A stretch of DNA of 64,000 bases from Blastocladiella emersonii ATCC 22665 (lineage: Eukaryota; Fungi; Blastocladiomycota). The stretch spans positions 1,860,001 through 1,924,000 of the forward strand of contig JANHCV010000006.1 in NCBI GenBank assembly GCA_025594325.1. Reading direction: 5' to 3'. The notes under the pieces were generated by a model. That model did no database searches, had not been told where the DNA came from, and saw only the letters and a list, made by a program, of their open reading frames with translations. The first letter of the stretch is position 1. Each line of letters begins with the position of its first letter. Below are positions 46,590 to 58,902 of this stretch, piece after piece. A program made the translations under genes and the position numbers.

Positions 46590-49048
46590 TCAACGACCGT
46601 CGCCGCGCTCGGCGCCGCCCAGCCCCTCGTTTCGCGCCCCCGCCGCAACCGACGACGGGAGCACGATCTGCGGCGCGATGACGACGGGCGGCGAGCTAGC
46701 CGCCGCTGGAACCGCGCCACCGCCGCCGTTGCTCCCGAGGATCGACGAGAGGAGATTCAGGTTCGCTGGGTCCCACGCGGGCGGCTGTGTCACGGGCGCG
46801 CCCGTCAGCATCGCCGGCGGCGGGGGCAGGTTGAACATGCCCATAGCAGCCACGGCCTCGGGCGTCATGCCCAGCTGGAGCGCGGTCTGCGCCGCGGCGT
46901 GCGCTGCGGTGGCCTGGATCTGCGCGGGATCGAGCGTGCCCTGCATCGGGAACGGCGGCGGCATCCCCGCGGCGGCGGCGCCGGTCACGGCCGGGTGCTG
47001 GTTCAGGAGCGCGAGGATGCTGGACGGGTCGAGTGAGTCGGACGACGGCATCGGGTCCATGGCAGCTGAAGCAGGTGCAGGAGCGGAGGAGCCAGTGAGC
47101 AGCATGACGTTACCGCTCCGCGCCGGCTGCTCGTACCCGCGCGGGTCCGAGGCAGCGCGCTTGGTCGGCGATCCCGACAGCGACGACGACCCGCCGCGCG
47201 AGAGCGATCCAGCAGGTTTGGACGGGAGCCGTGCGGGCGGGGACCGCGACAGGACGCTCCCGTTGGCGTTGCCGCCGTACCCGTTCCCGCTACCGCTGCT
47301 GCCGCTGCCGCTGCTGTTCATGCGCGACCGTTTCGGCGCCGAGGAGGGCGGGGAACGCGAAGTCGGCGGCGGGGGCGGCGACGAGTACCGCTTGCGCGAG
47401 TCGCCGCTGCCGTTGCCAGCGGGTGCGAACACGGGCGAGCGCGAACGCGAGCGCGACCGCACGTTAGGTGGCGAGGTCGTGTACCGCCCGCGGGGCGGCT
47501 GCGGGTCTGGCTGCGGAGCACGGGCCAGGTCCGATGGGCGGGCGGTCGGCGGCTGCGTAGCGGGCGATGGCGCGACCATGGTGGCAACGGGGACGGAGCC
47601 GGGAGCGACGACGTTGGCGAGCGCCTAGGCCCGCGCACACGAGGTTAGCAACCAAATCAAACCTCGCGAAACTGAACAGAAGCGTACGTTTGCCAGAGTC
47701 GAGAACTCGGTCGCCCGCGCCTCCTCCTTGTCGAGGATGCGGCGCAGGGTGGTGAGCGCGTCAGCGTGCCGGCGGCCCGCGTCGAGGACGGCGGTGCGCA
47801 GGGTGGCAGCCTTGTGGCGCGTCTGCGCGGGGTTGACGGTACTCCCGGGCGGCGGGTTCTGGAGCGCGGCGAGGGCAGCGGGCGCGTGCTCGATGTCGGC
47901 GGAGATGGTGTGCAGCGTACGCGCGACCGAGGCGAGCGGGTGCGAGCACCACGGCGGGAGTGCGGCGGCGGAGATGGGTGCAGGAGCGGGAGCGCCGGGC
48001 AAGGAGGAGGACGAGCTCGACTTGCTGCCGCTCGAGAGCGAGCGCGGGTGGGCAGCGACAAGCGGCGACGGGTTCGGGGTCGCGCGCGCCGAGGTCGGCT
48101 TGGAGACCGCCGACGCGCCGTTGTTCATGCCCTTGAGGATTTCGGGCCGAATGGATGGGTCGCAGCGTACTGAGGGAGGTTGCCGTGTGGTGGTGAGCAC
48201 GGTAGGAGAGAGAGTGTGGCCAGGCGGCGGGAGGACGTACTGATGTCCTCAAACATCTTGTTGATGAGCTCGGGCGCGAAGATGTTGCGCTCGCGCCAGA
48301 TGTGAATGATCCGGATCACCTTGATGCGGCGCTCGGGAGTGGATTGACTGCGCAAGACGGGAAGATCAGAGCAAGGCGAGGGAGGTCCGGTTGGCGAACG
48401 TACTCGAAGACGTAGCAGGTGACCATGAGGATTTGCTGTACGAGAAGAGTGCGTCCCGGTATTAGCTTACGCACAGGGAGGGCGGGACGGGCAGTAGACC
48501 GGCGCCACGCACCTCCTGGAACGCGGCGAGGAACTCGGTGTCACCGCGTCGGCGCGAGTTCTGGACCACGTCGTTGGCGAGGTACAGGAAGTTGATGAGC
48601 AAAGCCGGGTCGACTGGACGGGCGAGTCAGTCGGTCGGTCGCTCGCACTGAGGACAAGGAGCCTAGTACCATTGGTCACTACATGACGATGCTGTCAGCC
48701 AGTACACCCGACCCGCTACGCGGCATCCCGCACGCGTACCCTCGTCGGCCCAGACCTGGGCAATCTGGTGCGCGTGGCGGCGATGGTGCTGCATCCCTAC
48801 GCGGAGCGAACGACGCGTCGCGCGAAGCGACCCGGCTTAGCTCCCTCGCGTGCAGACTGGCAGACGCAGCACAGCACACCGTACACTTGGACGTGGACTG
48901 GATCACGTCGGCAGCATCGGTCAGGCGCCGGAGCTTGTCCTTGAAGACTACGAGTCGGGCCAGACAGAGGCAGCGGTGAGCGCGCTGTGTGCGACGCGTT
49001 CGGCGGGCGGGCGGGATCGGCGACCGCACGCTCGTCGTTGAACTCCAT
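46590..49048 (-). CDS. RNA Pol II CTD-interacting-domain protein (RTT103/RPRD1-like), multi-exon
   Basis: Spliced MEFNDELFKDKLRRLTDAADVIQSTSK...LINFLYLANDVVQNSRRRG..EFLAAF...KVIRIIHIWRERNIF. Then a coiled segment and an Arg/Ser/Pro-rich tail. Confidence 0.88.
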
Positions 49049-49238
49049 GGTGCGGCGGCGTTGCGGGAGGTGCGGCGGCGTTAGGACGAAAGATTCATGG
49101 CAGCGTGCGAAGGCGGGAGGAGAGCGGATGGAGGGCGGACGGCTGCCCCGTGTTCAACGCGTCCCCTGGCAGGTCGCGAGGAGTCCCTTCAACGCGAAAC
49201 GCGACGCTGTGGACTCTGGCCTCGCTCCTCTCTCCTCT

Positions 49239-51651
49239 TCATCCCAACATGCGAGGGGAAAGAAAATGTATACGAAAAATGGATTCACACATCTCGGGAG
49301 GGACTGACTGGTCGGGGAGAAAGCTCACGCGCGCTCGAACTGTACATTCGCTAGGGCGCGGCTCGCCTTGAGCGTGAGGGCCTTGAGGCGAAGCTACACG
49401 ACGGCGGCTCAGAGTCAGTCCGAGTCCACTCGAGAAACGACAGAGAGAGCGTACCGAGAGCGACGACTTGCCGCCGCCCGCGCCGAGCTTACCCTCGAGC
49501 ACGGACGCGCCCTCGGCCGACCACACGCTTCCGGCGTACTCGCTCGGCGGTGCCGCGCCCACAGACGAAGCAACGGTCGGTGCGCGGGCGCGGCAATGGC
49601 TCTCGGCGGCGCGGCTCGCGATAGCGCACGCCGTGTTGAGCGCGTGCCCTGCCTTCTCCATGGCGACGAGGGCGTCGGCGAGCGGGCGCGAGGGCGCGGC
49701 GCACGTGTCGGCGAGCTGGCGCAGGAACAGCTGGTACTTGAGGACGCGCTGGACCGGCTTGATCAGCAGGCACGCCAGGTTCCAGTTGGGCGTGACGGCG
49801 GCGAGCGCGGCGCGCGTGCGGTCCATGGCCGCGTCCATGTCCTCGAACAGCCGCGCCGCGGCCAGGCCCAGGTCCGACCGCGCGCAGTAGCTCGTGTACA
49901 CGGCGGTCATCTCCGGCATCTGCGGTGTTTGTTAGTCACCGCCTCGTTCGCGCGTGACGAAATGATGAGCGTACCATGGTGAGAAACAGCCGGCCAACGT
50001 GGTCCGCCGCCGGAGCACGGGCCCATCCTTCATCCTCGCGGTCGCCGTCACCCGCGCCAGCGCACCACGCGGCACGGAGACCCGCCTCGAGCGCGCGCGC
50101 GAACCCGCGCACGCGGCGCGCGGCGAGGAGCAGGACGAGGAGGTCCGACGGCACGTCGATGCGGGCCTCGAGCGGGGCGACGTAGAGCTCCTCGAGCAGG
50201 TCGAGGTCGCGGACAAACGCCGTCTCCGTGTCCATGAGCTCGCGCAGGGCGGCGTCGTGCAGGCGCGCCTTGCGGGCGCGGTCCGGGTCGGGGCAGTCGA
50301 GCGGGTGGACCGAGTGGAACGACACGGCCGAGTCGCGGTGCCGCGCGCCCGCGGACGTCGTGGTCGAGACGCTGGCGACCGAGGTCGGGCGCGTCGTTGT
50401 CGCGGAAGAGGAAGTTGGTGGTATTGGCGGGGGAGCCGAGATGCACGGCGGGTTCCGCGAATCGGTAGTGGCGGGGGTGCTGGAGCGCAGCGAGCTGGCG
50501 AGGCTCGCGGGGCGTGACCGCGGCGGGCGCAGATGCGTCGCGGCGACGGGCGCCGAGGGTGGGAGGTGGGCGACGAGGTCCTCGCGGAGGCGCGACCACG
50601 CGGCCGCGTCGCGCGGGGAACCGGCCGAGTAGGACGACGCGAGCGAGGGCGACGTAGTCGTGCCCGTATCGAGCGGGTACTCGTCGGGCCCGCCACCGGA
50701 GAGCCCAAACGAGTGGCACGCGCTGGCGCGGAGCGAGGTCCAGCCCGAGTCGACGAGGATTCCCCCATCATCGTCGAGGCCGTCGAGCGAGTCCTGGTAC
50801 GGGGGCGAGGGCGAACTCGAGGGCGAGTGGTCGCTGTTGGCGTCCTCGACGTAGTAGGAGATGTACGAGGGCGACGAGTGCCACGAGGCCTCGTCGGGCG
50901 GCGGCAGCTGCTGCGGCGATGGTGACGGTTGCGGATGGCGGTCGCACGCGGACCGGCGGCGCGCGGGTACGGGCATCGGCATGGGCAGCGGCGGGTGCTC
51001 GCCGGCGGTTGCGCACGAGGGCCGCGGGATCGGGATGCACGACACGGGCCGGTGCGGCGCGTTTGAGGGCGCAGATGGGCGCTTGGAGCGCTGGATCGGC
51101 GCGTCGTAGCGGTCCATGATGACGGGCTGGCTGCGCGGGCGCGAGGAGCTGCGCGGCGGGACGGCGAGCGGGGACGGCGGCGGCTGGCGGTGCGGCGCGG
51201 GGGCCATGGTGCGGTCGGACTGGACGCGGCGCAGGGTGGGCGGCCACTGGAAGTCGTCGAGCGGCTGGCCCTCGTCGACGGGCGTCGGTGGCGGCGAGGC
51301 CGGGTCGAGGCCCTGAAATGGCGGGAGCGGTTGCGGCAGCGGCGGGCGGGTGAGTGCCTTGGCGCGGCGCAGCTGGCGGGTGCGGTCGCGGTGGTCGCGG
51401 TGGTCGCGGTGGTGGTGCTGATGGAGGTAGTCCGAGTGGTGGTGGCCGTGCGGCGAAGCGGGCTCGGAGCGGCTCGGGAACGCTCGCGTGTGGTCGTGAT
51501 GATGATGATGGTGGAGCGAGGGTGGTGGCGAGGCGGGAGAAGAAGGGGGATATAGCGGGCCCGAGGGCGGCTCGGCCGAGTCGTAGCGCGGCCAGTGGCG
51601 GCGCAGGTCCGCGTCGGCGGGGCCCGACGACAGGAGCTGGCGCGGCGGCAT
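49239..51651 (-). CDS. Dbl-homology (DH) RhoGEF with long Pro/Ser-rich N-terminus; both ends approximate
   Basis: ALRELMDTETAFVRDL (conserved region 1) and LLIKPVQRVLKYQLFL (conserved region 3). An intron joins ORFs 49936-51789 and 49239-49919. Confidence 0.85.
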
Positions 51652-52189
51652 GGGGAGGTCGATGGCGATGGGTCGGTCGGTGGGAGCGGCGGCAGAGTCG
51701 GAGATCGAGGAGCTACTTGCGCCGCCCAGTTCCGGTCGCAGTGCAGGGGGACCCAGCAAGGGCAGCAGCAGTGATGGTGGTGGAGCCAAGCGCGCGGGAC
51801 GAGGATGGCGAGCGCCGAGGAGTCGAGGGCGCGCGGCGGCAGTTGCATCCAGTCGCCGTCGCGGTCACAGAGGCGGTGCTAGTCTCGCGCCCTTCCCGAT
51901 GCAGATGGAGCCGCGCGCGATTCATTGCAGCATGGTGGGCGGCCGCACGGGAGGGGAGAGGGCGCCGAAGGGAACGGCGAGCGGCCTTCCCGCGGAGAGA
52001 AGCGAACGAAGCGGCCGCGTCGCGTGACCCGTGCGAGACGCGTCTCGCCGCGCCCACGCGCAGAGCACGGGACCGCCTCAGAGTAAAAATGCGCCACCGC
52101 TCGCGCTTCGCCCTCTTCTCCTCTCCTCCCCTCCCTCGACCCTGAGGCATCCGCTACGCATCAACGACCACTCGCTGCAACGGAGGAAC

Positions 52190-53449
52190 ATGACCATCAA
52201 CCTGCCGCACGGCCAGGCCGCGCCGCAGCCGCCGCCCGCGCCCTACGCCATGCACCAGCACTATGCGCCGACCACCGCCGCCGACGTGCTGGCCGCGCCG
52301 CCGCCGCCCGCCGTCCACGCCAGCGAGATCATGATGCCGTGGCACACCTACGCCATGGGCTGGACCGCGGGCCTGCGCGACCGCCCGGGCCTGCTCGCCC
52401 TCGGCTCGTTTGCCCCCGGCACGGGCAACGGCGCCCCCGCCGACAACAAGCTGTGCATCGTCGAGCATGACCAGCGCGGCGACGCCGCACGCATCGCCAG
52501 CGTCGCCGAGGCACCGCACCCGTACCCGGTCACCAAGGTCCAGTGGGCCCCCGCCACCTCGCCCAACCCCTCGCTGCTCGCCACCGCCGGCGACTACCTG
52601 CGCATCTGGCGCTTCGCCGACGGCAACGGCGACCAGCTGTCCGTCGAGTCGCTGCTCGCCAACCAGTCCAAGGCCGACCTCGTCGCGCCGCTCACGTCCT
52701 TCGACTGGAACGAGACCGCGCCCAACCTCGTCGTCACATCGTCCATCGACACCACCTGCACCGTGTGGGACGTGAACACGGCCCAGGCCAAGACCCAGCT
52801 GATCGCGCACGACCGCGAGGTGTTTGACGTGGGCTTTGCCTCGGGCACCGCCGACATCTTTGCCAGCGTCGGCGCCGACGGGTCCGTCCGCCTGTTTGAC
52901 CTGCGCGCGCTCGAGCACTCGACCATCATCTACGAGCACCCGCAGTCGGCCCCGCTCCTGCGCGTCGCATGGAACCGCCAGGACCCAAACTACCTCGCCG
53001 TCGTCGCCTACGAGTCGCACACCATCTCGGTCCTCGACGTCCGCGTCCCCTCGGTCGCCGTCGCCGAGCTCGCCGGCCACACCACCTGCGTCAACGCCGT
53101 CGCTTGGCACCCGAAAAACTCCGGGTACCTCCTCTCCGCCGGCGACGACGGCCGCGTCCTCGTCTGGGACGTCGGCGCGCCGACCCCCGCACGGAAACCG
53201 CTCGCTGGCGCCGTCAACTCGGCCACGGCCGCCACCACCGCGACACCAACAGCCGCGACTTCGGGATCGAGTGCACCAGCAGGACCCGCTGCCGCCGCAA
53301 CAACGTCGCCCGACCCTGCACAGTACGCCCCGCTGCTCGCCCACGTCCCGAACCCGCTCGGCGCCGAGGTCGAGAACCTCGCCATCTCGCCGCTCTCCGA
53401 CTGGGTCGCCGTCACCTCCGCCTCCCAGGTCAAGCTGCTACGCCTCTAG
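52190..53449 (+). CDS. DCAF7: WD40 protein DCAF7/WDR68/HAN11 family, intronless
   Basis: HPYPVTKVQW, LLATAGDYLRIW, APLTSFDWNE, TSSIDTTCTVWD, KTQLIAHDREVFD, FASVGADGSVRLFDLRALEHSTIIYE. Confidence 0.95.
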   Translation: MTINLPHGQAAPQPPPAPYAMHQHYAPTTAADVLAAPPPPAVHASEIMMPWHTYAMGWTAGLRDRPGLLALGSFAPGTGNGAPADNKLCIVEHDQRGDAARIASVAEAPHPYPVTKVQWAPATSPNPSLLATAGDYLRIWRFADGNGDQLSVESLLANQSKADLVAPLTSFDWNETAPNLVVTSSIDTTCTVWDVNTAQAKTQLIAHDREVFDVGFASGTADIFASVGADGSVRLFDLRALEHSTIIYEHPQSAPLLRVAWNRQDPNYLAVVAYESHTISVLDVRVPSVAVAELAGHTTCVNAVAWHPKNSGYLLSAGDDGRVLVWDVGAPTPARKPLAGAVNSATAATTATPTAATSGSSAPAGPAAAATTSPDPAQYAPLLAHVPNPLGAEVENLAISPLSDWVAVTSASQVKLLRL

Positions 53450-53512
53450 TCTACTTTTTTTGCCACCTCTCAAATCACGATATATATACTGTACATCACT
53501 CTCAGCTGCTCA

Positions 53513-53602
53513 TCACTGGTAACTTGACCACTGCTGCTGCTTGGGCGGCGGCGCGACTGGAGGCGGGTACGCCGCCGCCGCCCCGAAACCGCTGTACCCG
53601 TA

Positions 53603-53633
<31 letters not shown>

Positions 53634-56600
53634 CGCTCTTGCTGCCGCCGGTGCTCGCGGACCTGCGCGTAGTACCCGTACGTGCCCGCCGTTGACGGCG
53701 GCGCGTGCCCCGACGCCGCTATGTACGCCGCGGTCGCCGCGTACCGCGCCGGGTACGAGCCGTACGGCGACGAGTAGTGCTGCGTCGGCTCCGGTTGTTG
53801 CTGGTATGCGGGGTACGCCGACGACGACGATGTGTACGCGTGATGCCCTGGCGGGTACGGCGACGGATACGGCGCTGCCGTATAGCTCGACGACAGCGGC
53901 GATAGTGGTGCGGCCGTTGGTGGCGGGTACGCGGCTGCGCCGCCGCCGTTCCAGGACGACGTGGGTGCCACACCGCCTGAGCTCGGATGCACCGATACAC
54001 TGCTGCTCCACGCGGCCGCGCCGCCGGACACCGATGAAATCGACGCGCCGCTGGTTGCCATCGATGCTGTTCCGTACGGGCTCGCCGTAAGCAACGAGCC
54101 GCCGCCGCCGTAGTACGCGGCATGGTACTGCTGCTGCTGCTGCATCTGCGAGTACGCCGTGTAGCTCGCCGTCGCTGCTGCCGCGGAAGCCGCCGCCGCG
54201 GCGGCGTACATCGAGTACACAGGGTACGACGACGTCGCGGGCGGCAAAGCCGTCGTGCCCATGGTCCCGTACGCTCGCGGGTACGCGACCGACGCGTTAC
54301 TCGGCAGGGCCGCGATGGGGTGGTGGTCGAGGTGCGTCGCCGAGGGCGGCGAGGTTGGACTGCCGAGATCCGACTCGGACACGCGCACGCGCTGCTTCTT
54401 CTTCTTCTTGGCGTACGGCGGCGAGCACAGGATGCCGTCCTCGTCGACCACGGCGCCGGGCGGAATCGCCGTGATGAACGCGTGCGCGGGCGAGTGCGTC
54501 GGCCCGATGCCCAGGTCCTTGAGCCGGCGCCGCTTCTTCTTGGGCCGCAGCGGCGGGTCGGAGACGGCAGAGGCGCCGTCCACTGCGACGGGAACAGCTG
54601 GTGCAGCCGCCACGCCGGTGCCGTCCATGAGCTCGGCACGCGTGTCGATGGGAGCGTCGACGGCCTTGGGCTTCCGCTTGCGCGGCTTGACGGGCGGCGG
54701 GGAAGCAGGTCCCACGTCGGCGAGGGCGGGCGTATCGGCAGCGACGACCGCAACCTCGCCACCGTCTGGCGCGACACCGAGTTGGGCTGGCTCGGACAGT
54801 TCACCCGGCAGCGACTTGACCCCGCTCGCAGTTGCCGACTCCGTTTGCTTCGGGACCTTGGGCCGGGTCCGCTTGGCGCGCGGGCGGCCAATCGATGCCA
54901 GCATCGACGGTGTCGACTGTTCAGACGCGTCGCTACTCGCGGTAAGGCCGGCCGCATCGGAACCGAGGAGCGCGGCCGCCGTGAGGGGCGGAGCTGGCGA
55001 GCTGCTGCCGCTGCAGGTGCTGAGCTCGGACGTGAAGGCGAGTGGAGCTGCAGGTGCAGGCGCGGTCGGGACGAGCGGGAGCGGGACCACCGACGCGGGA
55101 ACAGGTAGCCGTGTCGCGACGGTAGCCGGTGCAGCTGGCGCAGCCACGTCCTCGGCAGTGAGTCCGAGAGCGCAGAGCTGCCAGTTAGCGTCGGACCCGT
55201 TGACGACGCGCACAATGGTCCCGAGCACGGCCGCGTACTGGCCGCCGGTCGGGTCGTCGACGGGCTCGGGCGCCCACGTTCGCGCGGTCTGGTCCCACTC
55301 GAGCAGCTTGCCCTCGTCGCGGATCGCGCGAATCGCGCGGAACGCGGCCCCGGTGGCGTACGGGACCAGTGTCTGCGGGTCGCGGTACTTGCCGTGGCCG
55401 CCCGTGATTGGGCAGATCGGGATCTTGTGGAACGACCACGGGCGGTCCTCGCCGGCGGCGGCGGCGGCGCTGGTGGGGAACATGACGTCGGCGGGATTGC
55501 ACCCGCGGAAGGAGAGGAGCGTGGTAGCGGCGGGAGCGGCGGGCGGTTGCGGAAGAGCGGGTGCAGCTGCCGCAGCGGGTGTTTTCGTAGTGACGATGGA
55601 GGGTGGCGGGACGGCCGAGCGAGGCGAAAGCGGCGGAGGTGGTACCGCTGGTACGACTCGCGTTGGCGAGGACACCGGGTCGGCGAGCGCGGCGGCGATC
55701 GAGGGGAGGACCTGGCGCGGCACCTCGACGTTGAGGCTGTCGCTCGATAGTGCACTGACGAGGGAGGATGATGCCGTGGCCTCGACCGGCCTTGCGGCAA
55801 CGGGGGTGGGTTCCGGGTCCGTAGTCGTGGAGCCGCGGTCGACGGCCATGGGCTCGGCTGGCGTGACCACTTCCACGATGAAGGGCGACCGCGACGTAGA
55901 CAGGAGCGAGATGACGGGGCCGGCGATCACCTTGGGTTTGGTAGACCGGCGCATCTTCTCCTTGCGGACCTCTTCCTCGTTACGCCAGTACTCGAGCGAG
56001 GCGATGTTGGCCTCGGCGGTGCGGGCGGCCTCGGCCATGAGTTCCTCCTGCGTGAGCTGGACGACGGTCTGTTTCCGGCGCCGCGGCCGTCGCTACACGT
56101 CACACAGCAAATCGGTCAGCGGCGAGCGCGGATGAGGGGCTCGAGCGGTTGCGCGCACCTCCTCGTTGCGCTGCTGGATCCGCTGCTGCACGTCCTGCTT
56201 GACGCGGAGCGTGGACTTGCGGTACGATTGCTCGCGGATCTCTACACGTGCGATGAAGATGAAGGTGGTGTAAGCGAGGGTCGCTGGCAATTGCGAGGTC
56301 AGCCAGACGGGTCGAGTACCGATGGGCATCGGGACGAACCCGGTGCGCTTCGACTTGGGCTTCGGTGCGGCAGGTATGCCGCCGAGGCTCGAAGCAGCGG
56401 AAGCGGCGCTGCCGTCGGCCGACTTGGGTTTTGGGCGGAACAGCCGCGACAGGAACATCGGTCGTTTCTTCTTCTACACGTTCGCGATGGGGTTCAGCTG
56501 TCGTGATGGGGAGTGTGAGCGAGGCAGACGCACCACACGGTCGTCGTCCTCGGGCTGCGCGTCGGCCGATCCAGGCGCGGGTGCGTCGGCCGACTCCTCG

Positions 56601-56919
56601 GTCTCATTTTCGCTCTCGCTCGAGTTGAAGTCCGAGTCAAACTCATCGTCGTCGTCTACACAGTCACGCGACGTGAGTATCCGCGCAGTGCATGACGCAT
56701 TGGGGAATCCGGCCCGTACCGCGCTCCTCCGCGGCAAACTCGGCGTCATTCTCCACCTCGGCAAACAGCTCGTCGGCCTCGAGCTGCACGTTGGCCTTGA
56801 GCAGCTGCGCCATGCTGATAAACGCATTCCATCGTCGTGTCAACCATTGACCACATGGGAACAGCCCATCGGCCATACCGGTTGCCCGCGTTGGCGCGCC
56901 GCGAGCGCTGCGTCGCCAT
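53513..56919 (-). CDS. VPS72: VPS72/YL1 (SWC2) H2A.Z chaperone with long low-complexity C-terminal extension, multi-exon
   Basis: MATQRSRRANAGNR|MAQLL, acidic EFDSDF, LTQEELMAEAARTAEANIASL, and YL1-C domain ICPITGGHGKYRDPQTLVPYAT..AFRAIR. Confidence 0.9.
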
Positions 56920-57194
56920 TATGCTGGCCGACAATCAGATCAGCGCAGTCGGGAGGGTCTCTTGGACGCGTTGCATAGAGTGGCGCAGTCGATGCAGCCG
57001 CATGTGAGCGCTGCAGCGATCATGGGCTGCAGCGCGCGGATCGCTGCGACCACTCAGCGCGCGCGGCGACCAGCGTCAGCTGACGCACCGACTCACGCGC
57101 TCATGATGTGTGGCGCGTCGCCGACATGCCCCGAGATAAGATCGGCAACCCGCCCGCTCTTCCTCTCCCGCTCTCAAACGTTAAACGAAGCATC

Positions 57195-58421
57195 ATGTCA
57201 CAACAGCAGCCCCTCAAGTCCCCGACCGCCGCCTCGGCCGCCGCGCGCCAGACGGTCGTGATCAAGGTCGGCACGTCGTCCATCTGCGACGAGGCGACGC
57301 AGCGCCCGCGGCTGTCGGTGCTCGCGGGGCTGGTCGAGACCATTGTCGATCTGCGCGCCGCGGGCCACCGCGTCGTGCTCGTCACGTCGGGCGCGATCGG
57401 CGTCGGGATGCGCGCCGTGGGCGAGCCGGCGCGGCCCAAGAAGCTGGCGCGGCTGCAGGCGCTCGCGGGCATCGGCCAGTCGCAGCTCATGACCCAGTAC
57501 CACACGTTGTTCCACCCGTTCGGCGTCCCGCTCGCCCAGGTCCTGCTGTCGCGCGGCGACGTGGCCGACCGCACCCGCTACCTCAATGCCTGCAATACGC
57601 TGCGCGAGCTGCTCGACATGGACGTGGTCCCGATCGTCAACGAGAACGACGCCGTGTCCGTCGCCGAGATCAAGTTTGGCGACAACGACACGCTGTCGGC
57701 CGTCGTCGCCCGCATGGTCGCCGCCCAGTGGCTGTTCCTCATGACCGACGTCGACGCCCTGTACACGGACAACCCGCGCACCAACCCCGACGCCAAGCCT
57801 GTGCGCGTCGTCGACGACCTGCACGCGCTGCGCTCGCAGGTCTCGGTCGCCAGCGCTGGGTCCGCCATCGGCACCGGCGGCATGGTCACCAAGCTCGTCG
57901 CCGCTGAACTCGCCACCGCGGCCGGGTGCACCGTCACGATCCTACTGTCGACCAAGCCCGAGTCGATCGCCCAGGCCATGTCCGAACCGACCGACGCCGT
58001 GACCGTCGGCACCCGCTTCCTCGCGCGGCCCAACGCCATGCCCGACAAGAAGTGGTGGGTGCGCCACGGGCTACGGAGCGCCGGCACCGTCGTCATTGAC
58101 GCGGGCGCGCGCGCCGCCCTCGCGCACCGCGCCTCGCTGTTCCCCGCCGGCGTCGTCGGCGTCACGGGCAACTTTTCCGCGCAGCAGGCCGTCGACATTG
58201 TCGCGCTCGAGGACCCAGAGCTCCGCGGCGATGCAGCTCGCGCGGCGGTCGCGCGCGGCGACGCCAAGACCGTGCCCGTGGCCAAGGGCATTGCGACGTA
58301 CAGCGCCGTCGAGCTGCGCCAGATCACGGGCAAGCGGTCGGCCGAGATTGAGACGATTCTTGGATACGTCGAGTCGGACTCGGTCGTTGAGCGCGGATCG
58401 ATTATTCTTGCCGATGCGTAG
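57195..58421 (+). CDS. PRO1: Glutamate 5-kinase with PUA domain, intronless
   Basis: VVIKVGTSS, VLVTSGAIGVG, QALAGIGQ, VPIVNENDAV, FGDNDTLSA, GTGGMVTKLVAA; PUA GTVVIDAGA...SLFPAGV. Confidence 0.97.
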   Translation: MSQQQPLKSPTAASAAARQTVVIKVGTSSICDEATQRPRLSVLAGLVETIVDLRAAGHRVVLVTSGAIGVGMRAVGEPARPKKLARLQALAGIGQSQLMTQYHTLFHPFGVPLAQVLLSRGDVADRTRYLNACNTLRELLDMDVVPIVNENDAVSVAEIKFGDNDTLSAVVARMVAAQWLFLMTDVDALYTDNPRTNPDAKPVRVVDDLHALRSQVSVASAGSAIGTGGMVTKLVAAELATAAGCTVTILLSTKPESIAQAMSEPTDAVTVGTRFLARPNAMPDKKWWVRHGLRSAGTVVIDAGARAALAHRASLFPAGVVGVTGNFSAQQAVDIVALEDPELRGDAARAAVARGDAKTVPVAKGIATYSAVELRQITGKRSAEIETILGYVESDSVVERGSIILADA

Positions 58422-58902
58422 GTGAGTGAATACACGCGTTTTTGACCTCGACTCTCGCACGCGCTTTACGCTCCATCAGTCCGCCTCATGTTCTCTTACA
58501 ACCCGAAGATTCTTCAAGGAAAGAAATGTTGCCCGACCAACGTACTTCTCGAATCTACAGCGACCTGACGCGTTCAAGTGAGAGATCAGGGCTGGATCAC
58601 GGCGATCAGGATTTCGATCACTACACGCGTCGCGCTCTGAACGACGCGTCGCGCCGCTCAAACGCTCAACAGCCAGCACCAGAGACGAAAAGAGATGAAT
58701 GGCGATCAAAAGTATATTAGATTACAAGGGGTAGGAATGCAGCGAGACGCGTGAGAACTCGACTCAACCAAACAAAGGGGAGAAGCTCGAGAGCAACTCC
58801 CTCGGCCATTCAACGAAAACAGATCGCGCGTGTCTACAAACTACTTGTTCAACAACAAACATCGTCACCGATTACCGACGACCAACAACAACTAGCACGA
58901 GC

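Noticed and set aside
58422-58900. Lower-GC intergenic stretch as a possible tRNA or snoRNA
   Set aside because: No cloverleaf, A/B boxes or paired C/D boxes could be identified. It fits convergent 3' UTRs.
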